A DNA stretch of 63,714 bases, the filler included, from Octopus bimaculoides (taxonomy: Eukaryota): NCBI RefSeq assembly GCF_001194135.2. It is 6 parts of 6 records of this genome, joined end to end, with 100 filler letters (N's around TTAATTAATTAA, not from the genome) between each part and the next. Parts side by side here need not be neighbours in the genome. Positions count along the whole stretch, not along the records: positions 55,950 to 63,714 come from NC_068987.1; 5 more parts are not named here. The stretch is one strand, 5' to 3'. Shown piece by piece: positions 62,771 through 63,714 of the stretch. A program made the position numbers and the translations under genes. Each line of letters begins with the position of its first letter. Position 1 is the first letter of the stretch. The notes below the pieces were generated by a model, which saw only the letters and a program-made list of their open reading frames with translations, was not told where the DNA came from and did not search any database.

Positions 62771-63714
62771 CTTGTGTGTGTGTGTGCGCGCGTGCGTGCG
62801 TGTGCGCGTTCTAAATGTGTAAAAATCTATTTTGAAAGTCAGCAAATCTATTGATAGAATTTGTGCAATTCATCCTTTAATTTTTTTTATATATTTAATG
62901 CATTTTTTAAATACATTATTTGCTCCACTAATATTTTATTTTATTTCTCTTCATCTTGTTCTTGTCACTGCTCTTTAGCCTCATCTCTGGGAGTTCGAAA
63001 CGACATATGTGAAAAGCATCCCTGCCGTGACCTACATCTAAATACTATTAATATTCGTGGCGACATTTGTCGAATATGACCTTTACTCAAAACCTTTCAT
63101 GCAAAAATATAATGTATGATGTGAGAGAGATATAGCTGCTATTTCTTGAGTTTCTAGCAAGCGCATGGGGATTCTTTCTTATCCTTCTTATGTCATTGTT
63201 GCACAAATAATCACTTATATGTCAACGAATACTGGGTCTTTTGATAATATGTTGGTAAATTTAGACAGAAAACACTTGCTAATTTTCTCGTGGTTTTCAT
63301 AAGTTATATCGTAGAATGTAACAAATAACCGTAGATAGAAAGAGGGCGTATGTGGAATCACCACCAAAAAGCCCGATAAAAAAGAAAGGTAAAAAGAAAA
63401 TAACGGAGGAAATAGAAACGACAGAATATCGAACTCGGGAATCGGAGCAAGCAGTGACTAGTGTAGAAGAAGATGGAATGGAGATCAAACTTGAACAGTG
63501 GAAGGAGAAAGTGGCAATGCAAAGAGAATATATAGCACAAGACGAGAGACTAAAAGGAAAGAATGTTTAAATGTTGGTGTTTTACATGAGGGAGAGAGAA
63601 ATAGAGAAGAGGTTGGCAAAAACGAAGGGGTTAATACGAGTTAAATTGAATTCGAACATGTTTTATCAGAAAACAGTGTTATTGGACAAAGACCGAATGG
63701 AAAGTATATATATA

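Noticed and set aside
63352-63570. Charged 72-aa ORF (MESPPKSPIKKK…) as an mGluR tail or a small gene
   Set aside because: It has no splice context or recognisable motif. It could be the start of a LINE ORF1 but cannot be supported here.

Overview
AT-rich, microsatellite- and SINE-dense animal genomic DNA with many N gaps. It is most likely an octopus/coleoid draft scaffold (inferred from the repeat landscape, not from a database search). Two spliced genes were reconstructed by hand, both incomplete. (1) The last three coding exons of a Rab34/Rab36-type GTPase on the minus strand (18736-18646, 16952-16836, 16030-15966; protein ends ...SGPKCCH*). (2) Four internal exons of a group I (GRM1/GRM5-like) metabotropic glutamate receptor on the plus strand (32668-32911, 34428-34626, 43534-43660, 44779-45676). 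The genes are divergent, and neither 5' half is visible between them. Mobile DNA includes several tRNA-type SINE families, an RTE-tail repeat, piggyBac-type and hAT-type MITEs with target-site duplications, a decayed piggyBac transposase, a Penelope RT fragment, an open Penelope GIY-YIG ORF and a decayed RLE-type LINE. The most notable signals are several minimal type I hammerhead-ribozyme folds tied to Penelope-like repeats (one pair in inverted orientation around a tRNA-like head) and a tRNA-Met-like cloverleaf bracketed by 28-bp inverted repeats. No rRNA, CRISPR or prokaryotic features are supported. Nearly all ORF-track entries are microsatellite or N artefacts.
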